Below the pieces are notes generated by a model that did not search any database, had not been told where the DNA came from, and saw only the letters and a program-made list of their open reading frames with translations. The translations under genes and the position numbers were made by a program. Of a stretch of DNA of 64,000 nt, positions 37,001 to 48,429 are shown piece after piece. Origin of the DNA: an uncultured Planctomycetia bacterium (GTDB lineage Bacteria; Omnitrophota; Gorgyraeia; B26-G9); NCBI GenBank assembly GCA_964437495.1, contig CAYTGV010000006.1, positions 18,529-82,528 on the forward strand, in the 5' to 3' direction. The number at the start of each line of letters is the position of its first letter. The stretch's first letter is position 1.

Positions 37001-39175
37001 TTATTTTTTCTCCCAGGCATACATCAGCGGACTGGCAATAAAAACCGTTGAATAAACACCGCTAAACATGCCGATTATCAATACAAAAGCAAAATTATGC
37101 AAAACCCTTCCGCCAAATAGATAAATAGCAAAAGCGATACACAAAGTTGTAACCGATGTCCAGACAGTACGGGCAAGGGTCTGGTTTATACTGATATTTA
37201 TTACATCCTTAAACGTAGTTTTGCGCATTAAGCGCAAATTTTCCCTGATCCGGTCATAAGTAACAATAGTATCGTTTATAGAATAACCTGCGACTGTCAT
37301 AAACGCGGTGACTATCAACAAGTCTATCGGTCTATTTGTCAAAGCGCAAAAAGCTATAGCCACAAGAACATCATGGAATACAGATACAACCCCGGCGATG
37401 CCATAGGCAAAATCTCTAAATCTTATCCATATATATATACATATACATAACAATGCCAGAGAAAAAGCCTTTAGCGCGTTCTTTTTAAGCAATTTTCCCA
37501 CAACAGGCCCAACGCTTTCCACGCTCAAGACTTCTGCCTTATTATCAGGGAACATCGTAGCAAATGTATCAATTATTTCATCAGCCTTATCTTCTACCGT
37601 CCTGATCAGTACAATTTCCGGCTTTTTTCTATCCTGTTGGATCAAAGCATCTGCCAGGCCAATATCTGCCATAGCCATGCGCAGTCTGTCTATTTCTACA
37701 GGACGTTCAAACTGGAATTCCTGCAGAGAACCGCCGGCAAAATCAATTCCGTAGTTATCTGCGCCTCTTTGTGAGAAGAAAAACAAGCCGGATACTATAA
37801 CCACAACTGACAGCGTATAACAAATCCTACGCACTTTTATGAAATCTATTTTAGTCTCAGGGATCAGCTGCATCATCTTAAGCGGCAGATCTTTCCATTT
37901 CAAAGTGATCAAGTCAATAAGCAGACGAGTAACTACTATCGCCGTGAACATACTTGCCAACAAACCAATTATCAATGTAAGCCCAAAACCTCTGATCGGG
38001 CCTGAGCCCAGCCAGACCAGTAAAATAGCGGCAATGATTGTTGTAATATTGGAATCCAAAATCGCCGGAAAAGCACGTCCATACCCATTATTAATCGCTG
38101 TTCGCGTTGATTTTCCCAATCTTAATTCTTCTCTAATCCGCTCGTTGATCAAAACATTCGCATCAACCGCCATACCTATAGTCAGTCCAATACCAGCAAT
38201 CCCAGGCAAAGTCAAAGGCCGTTTCATTATTACAACTACAGCAAGCACCAGCAGAACATTGAAAAGCAAGGCAACATTTGCAAGAACTCCTCCCACAAAA
38301 TAATAAACCGCCATAAATATTATGACCGCAAGGCCTCCAAAAAGTGTGGCCTTAACTCCGCTGTTTATAGAGTCCTGTCCAAGCAAAGGGCCCACCGTAC
38401 GCTCTTCACCGAAAGTTATCGGTGCCGGCAAGGCACCTGTACGCAATACAGTAGAAAGATCCTTTGCTTCATCTGAGCTGAAGCTTCCGGTAATTTCCGC
38501 ATTACCGCCAGAAATTCGCTCTCTAATCATCGGCGCCGAATACACCTCATTATCAAGAACAATCGCAAGTCTTCTGTTTACATTTGCTCCGGTTATATTA
38601 GAAAATTTTGTTGCCCCTTTGCCTGTAAATTCTAGTTTTACGCTTGGGCGTCCGTATTGGTCCCGGCCCACCATAGCATTTGCCAGGCTGTCTCCGGTCA
38701 TTACCGAAGTTGCCTCAAGCAGCAGGTCTTTATCATCTTCATCCTTTGATAAAACATAACCAGCTGGAACATCACCATCCAAGGCAGCTCTAAGCATATC
38801 CGCTTCGTCATTAACTATCCTGAACTCAAGCTGAGCGGTTTTCCCAATAAGCGCACGCGCTCTTTTTCTGTCCGTAACTCCCGGCAGCTGCACAATTATA
38901 CTATTGGCTCCCTGACGGGTTATTGAAGGTTCTTTGACCCCGAACTGATCTACTCTTTTACGAATGATTTCAATAGTTCTATCTACAATATCTGAACGAA
39001 CATCATCTTTAATATTTTCAGGCAACTTACTCATATCCACATGCAAGGTCAAAAATACTCCGCCCTGCAAATCAAGTCCGAGCTTAATCTTATCCTGAAT
39101 CGGATAAATAACCCAAACGCAAAAAACAACCAATGCGCTTATTAACAAAAATTTCATCTTCAAATTCTTCGGCAT
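37001..39175 (-). CDS. secDF: Fused protein translocase subunit SecDF
   Basis: LGLDLQGG, RVDQFGV.EP, GALPAP, GMAVDANVLI.ERI (SecD), then GIDF.GG, VGP.VG, GYSINDTIV.YDRIRE (SecF). Confidence 0.97.
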   Translation of the reverse strand: MPKNLKMKFLLISALVVFCVWVIYPIQDKIKLGLDLQGGVFLTLHVDMSKLPENIKDDVRSDIVDRTIEIIRKRVDQFGVKEPSITRQGANSIIVQLPGVTDRKRARALIGKTAQLEFRIVNDEADMLRAALDGDVPAGYVLSKDEDDKDLLLEATSVMTGDSLANAMVGRDQYGRPSVKLEFTGKGATKFSNITGANVNRRLAIVLDNEVYSAPMIRERISGGNAEITGSFSSDEAKDLSTVLRTGALPAPITFGEERTVGPLLGQDSINSGVKATLFGGLAVIIFMAVYYFVGGVLANVALLFNVLLVLAVVVIMKRPLTLPGIAGIGLTIGMAVDANVLINERIREELRLGKSTRTAINNGYGRAFPAILDSNITTIIAAILLVWLGSGPIRGFGLTLIIGLLASMFTAIVVTRLLIDLITLKWKDLPLKMMQLIPETKIDFIKVRRICYTLSVVVIVSGLFFFSQRGADNYGIDFAGGSLQEFQFERPVEIDRLRMAMADIGLADALIQQDRKKPEIVLIRTVEDKADEIIDTFATMFPDNKAEVLSVESVGPVVGKLLKKNALKAFSLALLCICIYIWIRFRDFAYGIAGVVSVFHDVLVAIAFCALTNRPIDLLIVTAFMTVAGYSINDTIVTYDRIRENLRLMRKTTFKDVINISINQTLARTVWTSVTTLCIAFAIYLFGGRVLHNFAFVLIIGMFSGVYSTVFIASPLMYAWEKK

Positions 39176-39214
39176 GCTTTTCCTCCTACAATCTTTTCCC
39201 TTTACAATAATCCT

Positions 39215-39547
39215 TTATGATTGTCTAGATTTTCTAATTAAAGTTATCGAACTTTTATCAAACTCAATTTTTACATTATCATCAACCTTTAAAACCACAC
39301 TTGTATCCTTAACATTAACAACAGTAGCATAAATTCCCCCAACCGTAACGACCTCATCATTTTTCTTGATCGAGCCGATCATCGCCTGTTTTTCCTTTTG
39401 CTGTTTCTGCTGCGGCTTTATAAGAAAAAAATAAAATACCAAAAAGATTATTAAATACATAGGCAGTAAGATCATAAAACTACCCTGACTCTGAGGCGTT
39501 GTACTGCTGGCAGCCCCCTGTGCGTACGCTAAAGTTTCAAAATTCAT
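39215..39547 (-). CDS. yajC: Preprotein translocase subunit YajC
   Basis: FYFFLIKPQQKQQK, D.VVT.GGI; located upstream of secDF. Confidence 0.95.
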   Translation of the reverse strand: MNFETLAYAQGAASSTTPQSQGSFMILLPMYLIIFLVFYFFLIKPQQKQQKEKQAMIGSIKKNDEVVTVGGIYATVVNVKDTSVVLKVDDNVKIEFDKSSITLIRKSRQS

Positions 39548-39684
39548 TTTTCCTCCTCTTATTAAAGTAAAAAGTTATTTTTTTATATTTAAACGTCATT
39601 AGTATATAATATTTTAGGAAAATATTCCACCCTTTTGTTATAATTGGACTTTTTTTATAGAGATATTCCCCTTGGGTTAGCTTA

Positions 39685-41787
39685 CTATAACTCCCCCGCC
39701 AGTATTTCGCCTACTCTATCGGCAATAATCTCATAACCAATCCTGGTGCAATGCCCATCAGGCAAAAAGTGGACAGAAAAATTATCCGGAGTTATACGTG
39801 ATTTAAACGCCTGATTTAAATCTATGAAGGTAACCTCTTTATCCTTGGCCGTCTGCTTCACTCTTTCATAAGTAGTAAGCGGATAACTCAGGAAAAACAG
39901 TTTCACTTTCCTTGTTTTGGCTATATGGCAAATTTGCTTTAAACAATTTAAAGCGATGGCATTGATTTTTTCTGATCTTCTCAGGGCAAATGCCTGACCA
40001 TCAGATCCCATATCATTAAAAAGCCTCGCGTAGTTTTTATCTTCCTTTAATATTCTCTCGACTTTTTCATTATATCTTTGTTCCTTTATATAAATTGCAA
40101 GAGCTATATTTGGATTTTCAATGCTCGGTGAAACATCCTCTCGATTGCGCTTGTTATTTTTGCCTTCTGGCTGATCATCTCCAAAATAACACGCATAATT
40201 TAACATCTCAATCGATTCTTTTTCTTGAGCCTTATTTTTTTTATTGGATATTCCTTTAAGATAACCCCGCTTATTTTCAAATACATTATCGATTAACACA
40301 TATAATTCATTTTCCGCATCTGATATGCTAAATTTTTTAGATAAAACATTATTTTCAGAAAGACCCCAACTTTCCATATATTGATCAGCTTCCTGGTTTG
40401 CAAAATCAAGTTTTAATACCAAATCATAATATTTTCTGACCTGATCATAATCCAGAACCCTTTTATATTGTCTTGCCAAACGCAGATTAATATCAACGTT
40501 TTTCGGAAATTTATTTGCCAAATAATTATAAAATCTTATCGCATGTTCGGGGGAATTCCAGGCAATAAACAACTCATCAAGCTCTTCCCAAACTTTGGCA
40601 TTAAATCCATACAAGTGAATGGTCTTAGCAAAAAGCAATAAATTATCCTCAAAAACATTTACCAATCTGCATACCTTTGAAAGAGCGATCATTTCATTGC
40701 CAAATTCCTCATCATCCCCGAGCTTTTCTTTATTAAAAAAAACTGTGCGGATATAAGCCCTGAATTTTTCCCTACTATTATCAAATAGTTCACCTTGCAA
40801 GGCACTCTTAGAATCCTTCAGAACCTGGGTGTAATACCGTAATAATTCTTCACTAACAAGTTCTCCATCAGGATTGATCCTTAGCGCAAAATCATAATAA
40901 AGCTTTGCCTCATCAAACCTATTCAAATCCCGGCACTCATTACCCAGCTTTATGGATTGGGTATAATAAGAATTATTTAATAAGCTATTATTTTCAATAA
41001 GACTCAGCGTTTCTGCGATCTTCTCTTTCTTCAGTTTATAGCTTAACACCGTTAATGCTTTTTTGTGATATCTCAACAATTCTTTTTTAATGCCAACATC
41101 ATCAGGATTGATTTTTAAAGCACAATCATAGTAGAGCTTTGCCTGATCAAACATGTTCTTGTCCCTAAACTCATTTCCCAGCATTAAAGCCTGGTAATAA
41201 TACGCATTGTTCAATCCGCCGTTTTCTTCAATAAGTCTTAGTATTTCACGCAGCCTTTTTTTTTCAATCTGAGCTACAAAGGTATTGGAATCCTGAGTCG
41301 TATTAAAAGAAGATGCTAATATCTTAATCATCCGGCTTAGACGTAAAGAAGAAATAACAGCAAATAACCTATCCTTTATGGATTTAGGATCAGAGAAAAA
41401 ACCCTCAAAATTCCATTCATCATTTGTCCCGATCATTATTAAAACAACATCAGGACTGTAATTATCCAAAATCTCTGAAAAACTGCCTGCCAGTATAGGC
41501 GTGTTTATCCCCGGCATTCCGCTATTGATCACCTCTATAGCGCCATTGCCAAATTTTTCTTCCAGCTTTGTTTGCAATTGAGCCGGATAAGCATCACAGC
41601 GTTTGACTCCCAGCCCGTAAGTGTAAGAATCTCCGATACACAGAATTTTTGATTTACTCTCAATGCCGAATATTTTTTTACTTAAGTTGCTTTGAGCTAC
41701 CCAGGCAGCCAAATGCAAAGATGCCTCCAAGACAACAAGGGAAATGATAATGCCAAACATTATGAGTAGTATTTTTTTTAATTTCAT
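39685..41787 (-). CDS. Membrane-anchored SGNH/GDSL hydrolase-like protein with a large TPR-containing insertion
   Basis: N-terminal TM helix; GDSYTYG (block I), NSGMPG (II), IGTND (III); TPR-like repeats; C-terminal DGHC (block V). Confidence 0.8.
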   Translation of the reverse strand: MKLKKILLIMFGIIISLVVLEASLHLAAWVAQSNLSKKIFGIESKSKILCIGDSYTYGLGVKRCDAYPAQLQTKLEEKFGNGAIEVINSGMPGINTPILAGSFSEILDNYSPDVVLIMIGTNDEWNFEGFFSDPKSIKDRLFAVISSLRLSRMIKILASSFNTTQDSNTFVAQIEKKRLREILRLIEENGGLNNAYYYQALMLGNEFRDKNMFDQAKLYYDCALKINPDDVGIKKELLRYHKKALTVLSYKLKKEKIAETLSLIENNSLLNNSYYTQSIKLGNECRDLNRFDEAKLYYDFALRINPDGELVSEELLRYYTQVLKDSKSALQGELFDNSREKFRAYIRTVFFNKEKLGDDEEFGNEMIALSKVCRLVNVFEDNLLLFAKTIHLYGFNAKVWEELDELFIAWNSPEHAIRFYNYLANKFPKNVDINLRLARQYKRVLDYDQVRKYYDLVLKLDFANQEADQYMESWGLSENNVLSKKFSISDAENELYVLIDNVFENKRGYLKGISNKKNKAQEKESIEMLNYACYFGDDQPEGKNNKRNREDVSPSIENPNIALAIYIKEQRYNEKVERILKEDKNYARLFNDMGSDGQAFALRRSEKINAIALNCLKQICHIAKTRKVKLFFLSYPLTTYERVKQTAKDKEVTFIDLNQAFKSRITPDNFSVHFLPDGHCTRIGYEIIADRVGEILAGEL

Positions 41788-41822
41788 AATCTTTTAAAAT
41801 TGCATTTTATCATATAAGACCG

Positions 41823-42989
<1,167 letters not shown>

Positions 42990-43141
42990 TTAAAAATTTG
43001 CACTAAATATTTAAATCTATTTTTCACTCCTAAACTATTTTTATTAATTTTATCCAGGGATGGTCATGACCACCCTCTTTAGATTCTAACCGCTGACGTT
43101 TTTATGCTTTTTTTTACTTTTACTTTTTTACTTTTAACTTG
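42990..43141. repeat. Intergenic repeat module A, copy 2
   Basis: Near-identical to 13432-13583. Preceded by GTATTGN heptamers (42961-42989) and running into TAACTYG heptamers (43135-43169). Confidence 0.92.
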
Positions 43142-43286
43142 TAACTTGTAATTCATAACTCGTAACTATTTCTTATCTTTTACACTTCCTGTACGCCACG
43201 CTTTGTGGCGAGGACAGTTTTTTAGCACCCACATCGTAAAGCTTTGAAGGAATTAAAATAATTTTAAAACGCCTCTCATAATTTTA

Positions 43287-43399
43287 GATAAATTTGGTCT
43301 GAATTTACGGGCCACCCGTAAGGGTGCGATGAATGTTTGATCCCGCTTCCTTTGGGCGGGAGAGTTTTCAGAGCACCGTAAATTTAAGGCTGATTTATC
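43287..43399 (+). repeat. 113-bp branched inverted-repeat element
   Basis: Terminal stem 43287-43310/43376-43399 enclosing CACCC-GTAA-GGGTG and TCCCGC...GCGGGA hairpins. Confidence 0.7.
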
Positions 43400-43538
43400 G
43401 CTTTCGATATTTTTCTATCGGAAAAAATCATGTAAAGTGTAAAATCATTTTGAGCCCTTACTACCACGTACCTCTCATCGCTTAGGAACTCTTTACTCCT
43501 TATTTTCTGTTAACCTTTTTCAGGATAACACACGCAAG

Positions 43539-43586
43539 CCATCAGCCATCGACTATTAGCCATTAGCTTATTCTCTTTTAACTTTT
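43539..43586. repeat. Intergenic repeat module C, copy 2
   Basis: 48/48 identical to 13727-13774. Confidence 0.93.
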
Positions 43587-43666
43587 TACTTTTAACTTGC
43601 GATCTCAATCGCTAACCCGCAATTTACAACTTATTTCTTGCTACTCGCTTCTTGCTTCTCGCTACT

Positions 43667-44725
43667 TCATATAATAAGCATTGCATCCCCATAGCTAAAG
43701 AACCGGTATTTAGCCTCAACCGCCTTTGCATATGCATCAAGCATCAGCTCTCTTGAGGCAAAGGCAGATACGAGCATAAGCAGGGTAGTTTTCGGTAAGT
43801 GAAAGTTAGTAAGCAGCATATCAACAGCCTTAAACTCATAATGCGGGTAAACAAACAAATCTGTCTGCCCTTTTCTAGGCTTTATTGAAAACCCTTTATC
43901 ATTTTCGGCACATGTTTCCAGAACCCGGGCGACAGTAGTTCCTACAGCACAGATCCTGCCGCCATTTTGTTTCACCTCTTCAATTTCTAAAGCAGCATTT
44001 TTACTTAATTCAAAATACTCCTTATGCATTTTATGCTCAGTAACATTATCTACTTTAACAGGCAAAAAAGTCCCAAGCCCCACATGCAGAGTGAGATTGA
44101 TTATCCTCACCTTATTATCTTTAATAGCGTCAATTGTCGCTTGGGTAAAATGCAGGCCGGCTGTAGGTGCTGCAATCGCCCCGGGGTTTTTAGCATATAT
44201 TGTTTGGTATCTTGCGCTGTCTCTAGAGGCAACTTCTCTCTTTATATAAGGAGGCAATGGCATCACGCCGATCTCATCCAAAACAATCTCCATATCCTCT
44301 TCAAGCGTAAATTCAATCAATTTCATTCCCTGGCTCACAGCCTCTTCTGCCGCACAAACAACAGCCTGATATTTATTATCAGCAAAGCTGATTATTACAT
44401 CAGGCTTAAGTTTTTTACTGGGCTTTGCCAATACAAAATAGCGATTTTTTTTTATCCTTTCCACCAGCAGTATATCAATTGCTCTGTCCTTTATATAACC
44501 TCTTAGGCGGACAGGCTTTACTTTGGTGTCATTTAAAACCAGGGCATCACCGGACCTAAACATTGCAGCAATATCCTTAAAGTGTGCATTACTGATACGG
44601 CCTGTCTTTCGCTCTACAATTAAAAGCCGTGAATCATCACGGCATTTAGCAGGAAACTGCGCAATCAATTCCTGCGGAAGATGGTAATCAAAATCAGATA
44701 TTTTCACTTTTTTAAAAAATCCCAA
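43667..44725 (-). CDS. queA: SAM:tRNA ribosyltransferase-isomerase QueA
   Basis: FDY.LP.ELIAQ.P, PLPPYI, YQT, AAPTAGLHF, LHVG.GTF, TNFHLP, YRFFSYGD. Confidence 0.98.
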   Translation of the reverse strand: MGFFKKVKISDFDYHLPQELIAQFPAKCRDDSRLLIVERKTGRISNAHFKDIAAMFRSGDALVLNDTKVKPVRLRGYIKDRAIDILLVERIKKNRYFVLAKPSKKLKPDVIISFADNKYQAVVCAAEEAVSQGMKLIEFTLEEDMEIVLDEIGVMPLPPYIKREVASRDSARYQTIYAKNPGAIAAPTAGLHFTQATIDAIKDNKVRIINLTLHVGLGTFLPVKVDNVTEHKMHKEYFELSKNAALEIEEVKQNGGRICAVGTTVARVLETCAENDKGFSIKPRKGQTDLFVYPHYEFKAVDMLLTNFHLPKTTLLMLVSAFASRELMLDAYAKAVEAKYRFFSYGDAMLII

Positions 44726-44763
44726 AACCTTTCTCTTTTAATTATTTGACACACTTATAAATG

Positions 44764-45318
44764 TCACTTCCCTGCCTTAGCCTTTAACCTATCCTCAAGG
44801 CTGTATTTGCATCCGCAGTATTTCTGGCGATACATTTGCTCTTGCCTGGATATCTTCACTGCTTCCTGGTATCCCTCGCTGAAATCATAATAAAAAAAGC
44901 TGATTCCGCTCTCTTGTGCCGCCTTTTCTCCCAGGCGTTTTATGGCCTGTTTATCCTGGTATGGACTGACCAGCAAGGTCGTAGAAAAAGCCTCAACATT
45001 AATACTCTTTGCATACTCAGCTGTTTTTTTTAGCCTCAGATACCAGCAATTCATGCAGCGCTGCGGTGCTTCAAGATTATCTTTAACAGCATCATTGAAT
45101 TGCTCTTCATTGTAACCTTCAGAAAAATATATATCGCAATCAACCTGTTTAGAATATTCCCTTACATATTTCTCCCGAATAACATACTCATCATGCGGAT
45201 ATATATTGGGATTATAGAAAAAACCCTCAACATCATAATTCAATTCCCTTAATTTCTTAAGCGGATAGATCTCACAAGGAGCACAGCATATATGTAATAG
45301 TATTCTGCTAGAGCGCAT
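44764..45318 (-). CDS. queH: Epoxyqueuosine reductase QueH (DUF208)
   Basis: LLHICCAPC, FYNPNI.P..EY..R, RC..C...RL, TTL..SP, YRQ.YCGC. Confidence 0.92.
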   Translation of the reverse strand: MRSSRILLHICCAPCEIYPLKKLRELNYDVEGFFYNPNIYPHDEYVIREKYVREYSKQVDCDIYFSEGYNEEQFNDAVKDNLEAPQRCMNCWYLRLKKTAEYAKSINVEAFSTTLLVSPYQDKQAIKRLGEKAAQESGISFFYYDFSEGYQEAVKISRQEQMYRQKYCGCKYSLEDRLKAKAGK

Positions 45319-46385
45319 TATTCAAATATCTCCTTTTGGTTGTCCTTGGTCCTTTTGCGGCCGAGATGATTATAGGCAAGGTCTGTTGCTTGACGCCCCC
45401 GGGATGTTCTCTTAAGCAGTGCCATTTTTAACAGATAAGGCTCTACCACATCAACTATCGTATCGCTTTCCTCATTTAGTGTAGCCGCAAGCGATTCTAT
45501 GCCCACAGGCCCTCCCTCATAAGCATCTATTATTACCCCCAGCACTCTGCGGTCAATTTCATCAAGGCCAAGGTCATCGACCCCCTGCAGATCCAGGGCA
45601 ATATCCGTAATTTCAGCATTGACCTTTCCGCCTGCCTTAACCTCACTATAATCTCTAACCCTACGCAAAAGACGATTAGCCACACGCGGAGTTCCGCGGG
45701 ATCTTTTAGCTATAAGTTCAGCGCTTTTATTATCAAGTTCAAGCCCCAATTTCTCGGCTGATTTTTTTACAATATTCACCAGCTCCTGCCAGGGGTAAAA
45801 ATCAATATGGTAATACATTCCAAAGCGGCTGCGCAAAGGAGCGCTAAGCAGTCCTGAACGGGTTGTCGCCCCGATAAGCGTAAAAGGTTTTAAATTAAAC
45901 TGTATTGTTTTGGCATAAGGCCCCTTATCAATAACAAAATCAATCTTATGGTCTTCCATTGCCGGATAAAGAAATTCTTCAACTATCTTTGATAGCCTGT
46001 GGATTTCATCAATAAAAAGTATATCCCCGTGCTCCAGATTGGTAAGAATACCGATGAGATCACCGGCCCTTTCTATGGCCGGGCCTGAGGTTGTCGTTAT
46101 CTTTGTTCCCATTTCATGCGCCACAATATGCGCAAGTGTCGTCTTTCCCAGTCCGGGCGGGCCAGAAAGCATCAAATGCTCAAGCGGTTCCTTCCTTGAT
46201 TTTGCCGCCTGAATCCCTATCTGGAGATTTTCTTTAAGCTTGATCTGGCCGATAAAATCGCTGAATTTCAAAGGACGCAGCGATAGATTGAGCACCAGAT
46301 CATCCTCTGTCTCCTGCTGCATAAGCACAGGTTCTCTGTGCATCTTGGGATCCTTATTGATTTGATCTTTGTTTGTATACTTCAT
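45318..46385 (-). CDS. ruvB: Holliday junction DNA helicase RuvB
   Basis: [44 protein letters not shown]. Confidence 0.98.
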   Translation of the reverse strand: MKYTNKDQINKDPKMHREPVLMQQETEDDLVLNLSLRPLKFSDFIGQIKLKENLQIGIQAAKSRKEPLEHLMLSGPPGLGKTTLAHIVAHEMGTKITTTSGPAIERAGDLIGILTNLEHGDILFIDEIHRLSKIVEEFLYPAMEDHKIDFVIDKGPYAKTIQFNLKPFTLIGATTRSGLLSAPLRSRFGMYYHIDFYPWQELVNIVKKSAEKLGLELDNKSAELIAKRSRGTPRVANRLLRRVRDYSEVKAGGKVNAEITDIALDLQGVDDLGLDEIDRRVLGVIIDAYEGGPVGIESLAATLNEESDTIVDVVEPYLLKMALLKRTSRGRQATDLAYNHLGRKRTKDNQKEIFE

Positions 46386-46974
46386 TTAATAGCTCTTCCG
46401 AATTTTTAACATCTGGATTTCTCATCAGGGCATTCTTGATCATTTTTTCTGCCTCAGATTTTTTATACTGCAGCTGTAAAAGCACAGCTACTGCTTCCTG
46501 CTCTAAATCACCTGCGCCTGATTTCTGCTTCACTTCAAGCACAATCCCCTGGATAAGACCGAATTTTCCTACTTTGCCCTGTAATTTAGCAACTATTTCC
46601 CTTGCTCTTTGGGTGCCTATTCCAGGCAATGACTTTAGATATGCGATATCGCCGGCATCAATTGCTCTGGCTATAACCGGTATCGGTTCAGCTATTGCCT
46701 TTACCGCGGCCTTAGGTCCGATGCCGGATACCGTAATAAATCTTTCAAAAAATTCCTTCTCCACCTCATTTAGGAATCCAATCAGAGTCGGAATACTTTT
46801 ATTCTGATCTGTCTGATGATAATGAAAAGTAACAAATTCACAATCGGTTTCATCTTGAGCAATACACTTCATTACCCCATGTGGGATAAAAACCTCATAT
46901 CCGAATCCGCCGACTTCCACCAGCAATGAATTTTCTCTTCTTTGGATAATTTTACCTTTAATTCTGCAGATCAT
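46354..46974 (-). CDS. ruvA: Holliday junction branch migration protein RuvA
   Basis: EVGG.GY, L.GF...[15 protein letters not shown]...A..I, EA...L..L.Y. Confidence 0.95.
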   Translation of the reverse strand: MICRIKGKIIQRRENSLLVEVGGFGYEVFIPHGVMKCIAQDETDCEFVTFHYHQTDQNKSIPTLIGFLNEVEKEFFERFITVSGIGPKAAVKAIAEPIPVIARAIDAGDIAYLKSLPGIGTQRAREIVAKLQGKVGKFGLIQGIVLEVKQKSGAGDLEQEAVAVLLQLQYKKSEAEKMIKNALMRNPDVKNSEELLNEVYKQRSNQ

Positions 46975-47486
46975 ATTTTCCTGTAAATAAAATTAATATG
47001 GGTTAAAGCCAAAGCCAGCGCATCTGCAACATCATGCGGCTGAGGCAAAGTTTTAAGTCCAAGTGTTTCTTTAACAACTTCCTGCATCTGTGATTTAGTA
47101 GCTGTTCCGGCCCCAGTTACCGCTTTCTTCACTTTTTTGGGTGCATAGCCGGCAACAGTAAGTTTATGCTGAGCTCCAACAAGACAAATAACTCCCCGCG
47201 CATGCGCCATGAGTATAGCTGTCTTAGGATTTTTATAATGAGAATAAAGTTCTTCTATAACCATTATATCAGGCCGGCAGACTTCAAGCACCTGTATAAG
47301 TCCATTATATATCTTATTTAACCTATTTGTGAATTTATCTTTCGTGGATGTCCTGATAACCCCGGCTTCGATAAGCTTAAGGCGGCCGTCACGTCCCCGC
47401 ACAGATATACAAGAATGATGTTTATTGAATTCTATAACACCGTATCCTACGCACTGCAACCCAGGGTCAACTCCTAAAACTCGCAT
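46971..47486 (-). CDS. ruvC: Crossover junction endodeoxyribonuclease RuvC
   Basis: LGVDPG, GYGVI, IEE, ARG, Y.P..VKK.V.G.G.A.K, D.ADALA.A..H. Confidence 0.95.
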   Translation of the reverse strand: MRVLGVDPGLQCVGYGVIEFNKHHSCISVRGRDGRLKLIEAGVIRTSTKDKFTNRLNKIYNGLIQVLEVCRPDIMVIEELYSHYKNPKTAILMAHARGVICLVGAQHKLTVAGYAPKKVKKAVTGAGTATKSQMQEVVKETLGLKTLPQPHDVADALALALTHINFIYRKI

Positions 47487-47495
47487 ATATAACCT

Positions 47496-48251
47496 TTAAA
47501 CTTCCAATTCAGATAATATATCATCCGGAATATCAAAATTGGCATAAACATTCTGGACATCATCATTATCTTCTAATGCATTGATAAGACCGAGAATCTG
47601 CTGGGCAACTCCCTTTTCTGTTATTTTCACAGTAGAGTCAGGAACCATAGTTACTTCAGCCAAGGAGATCTCAATACCACTGCCTTCAATTGCTTTTTTT
47701 ACCGCTTCAAATCCCTTCGGCTGTGTACTTATTTCATAGATATCATCCTCTGTCTGCATATCCTCAGCCCCGTTTTCCAGAATGATATTCATCAGCTTGT
47801 CCTCTTCACTTTTTTCCTTGGCAACGATTATCATTCCTTTTTGCTTAAACTGCCAGGCAACAGAACCAGCCCCGGCCATATTCCCGTTTTTCTTGGTAAA
47901 GATACTGCGTACTTCAGCCGCGGCCCTGTTCTTATTATCAGTCAGCACATCCACCAGAACCGCTACCCCGCTCGGGCCATAGCCCTCATATACCATAGAT
48001 TCATAAATAACACCAGGCAATTCGCCAGTACCCTTTTTTATTGCCTTTTCAATATTATCTTTAGGCATATTAGCGTCTTTTGCCTTCTGAATAGCCAGCC
48101 TCAAACGCGGATTAGCATCCGGGTCGCCGCCGCCACCTTCACGCGCTCCAACAGTCAATTCCTTGTTCAGCTTTGTAAACAGCTTGCCCCGTTTTGAATC
48201 CGTAGCTGCCTTTTTATGTTTAATACTAGCCCATTTTGAATGTCCTGACAT
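47496..48251 (-). CDS. yebC: YebC/PmpR family protein
   Basis: MSGHSKW..IKHKK, NPRLR, NMPKD.I, YEGYGP.G, TDN.NR, DDVQNVY.N. Confidence 0.97.
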   Translation of the reverse strand: MSGHSKWASIKHKKAATDSKRGKLFTKLNKELTVGAREGGGGDPDANPRLRLAIQKAKDANMPKDNIEKAIKKGTGELPGVIYESMVYEGYGPSGVAVLVDVLTDNKNRAAAEVRSIFTKKNGNMAGAGSVAWQFKQKGMIIVAKEKSEEDKLMNIILENGAEDMQTEDDIYEISTQPKGFEAVKKAIEGSGIEISLAEVTMVPDSTVKITEKGVAQQILGLINALEDNDDVQNVYANFDIPDDILSELEV

Positions 48252-48340
48252 AAGATCATCACTCCTATTTTAAACGATTATATTTGTATTGAGTATCGCG
48301 TCTTGACAACTAATTCATTACAGTCTGAGAACTCTTCGCT

Positions 48341-48401
48341 TTTTCGTCCTTCGTCCTAGTAATCCCGCCGTATTCTGGCGAGAGAATGATCATCCTTCGT
48401 C
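48341..48401. repeat. TCGTCC-array/hairpin repeat; inverted copy of 26636-26696
   Basis: TTTTCGTCCTTCGTCCTAGTAATCCCGCCGTATTCTGGCGAGAGAATGATCATCCTTCGTC. Confidence 0.88.
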
Positions 48402-48429
48402 ACTCGGGTTTTCACTAAATACTATATAA

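Noticed and set aside
42990-43141. preQ1 riboswitch between queA and tgt
   Set aside because: The hairpin plus A-rich tail lacks the preQ1 loop consensus, and the same module lies upstream of the unrelated coaX.
43311-43375. Hammerhead ribozyme
   Set aside because: No CUGANGA...GAAA core on either strand.
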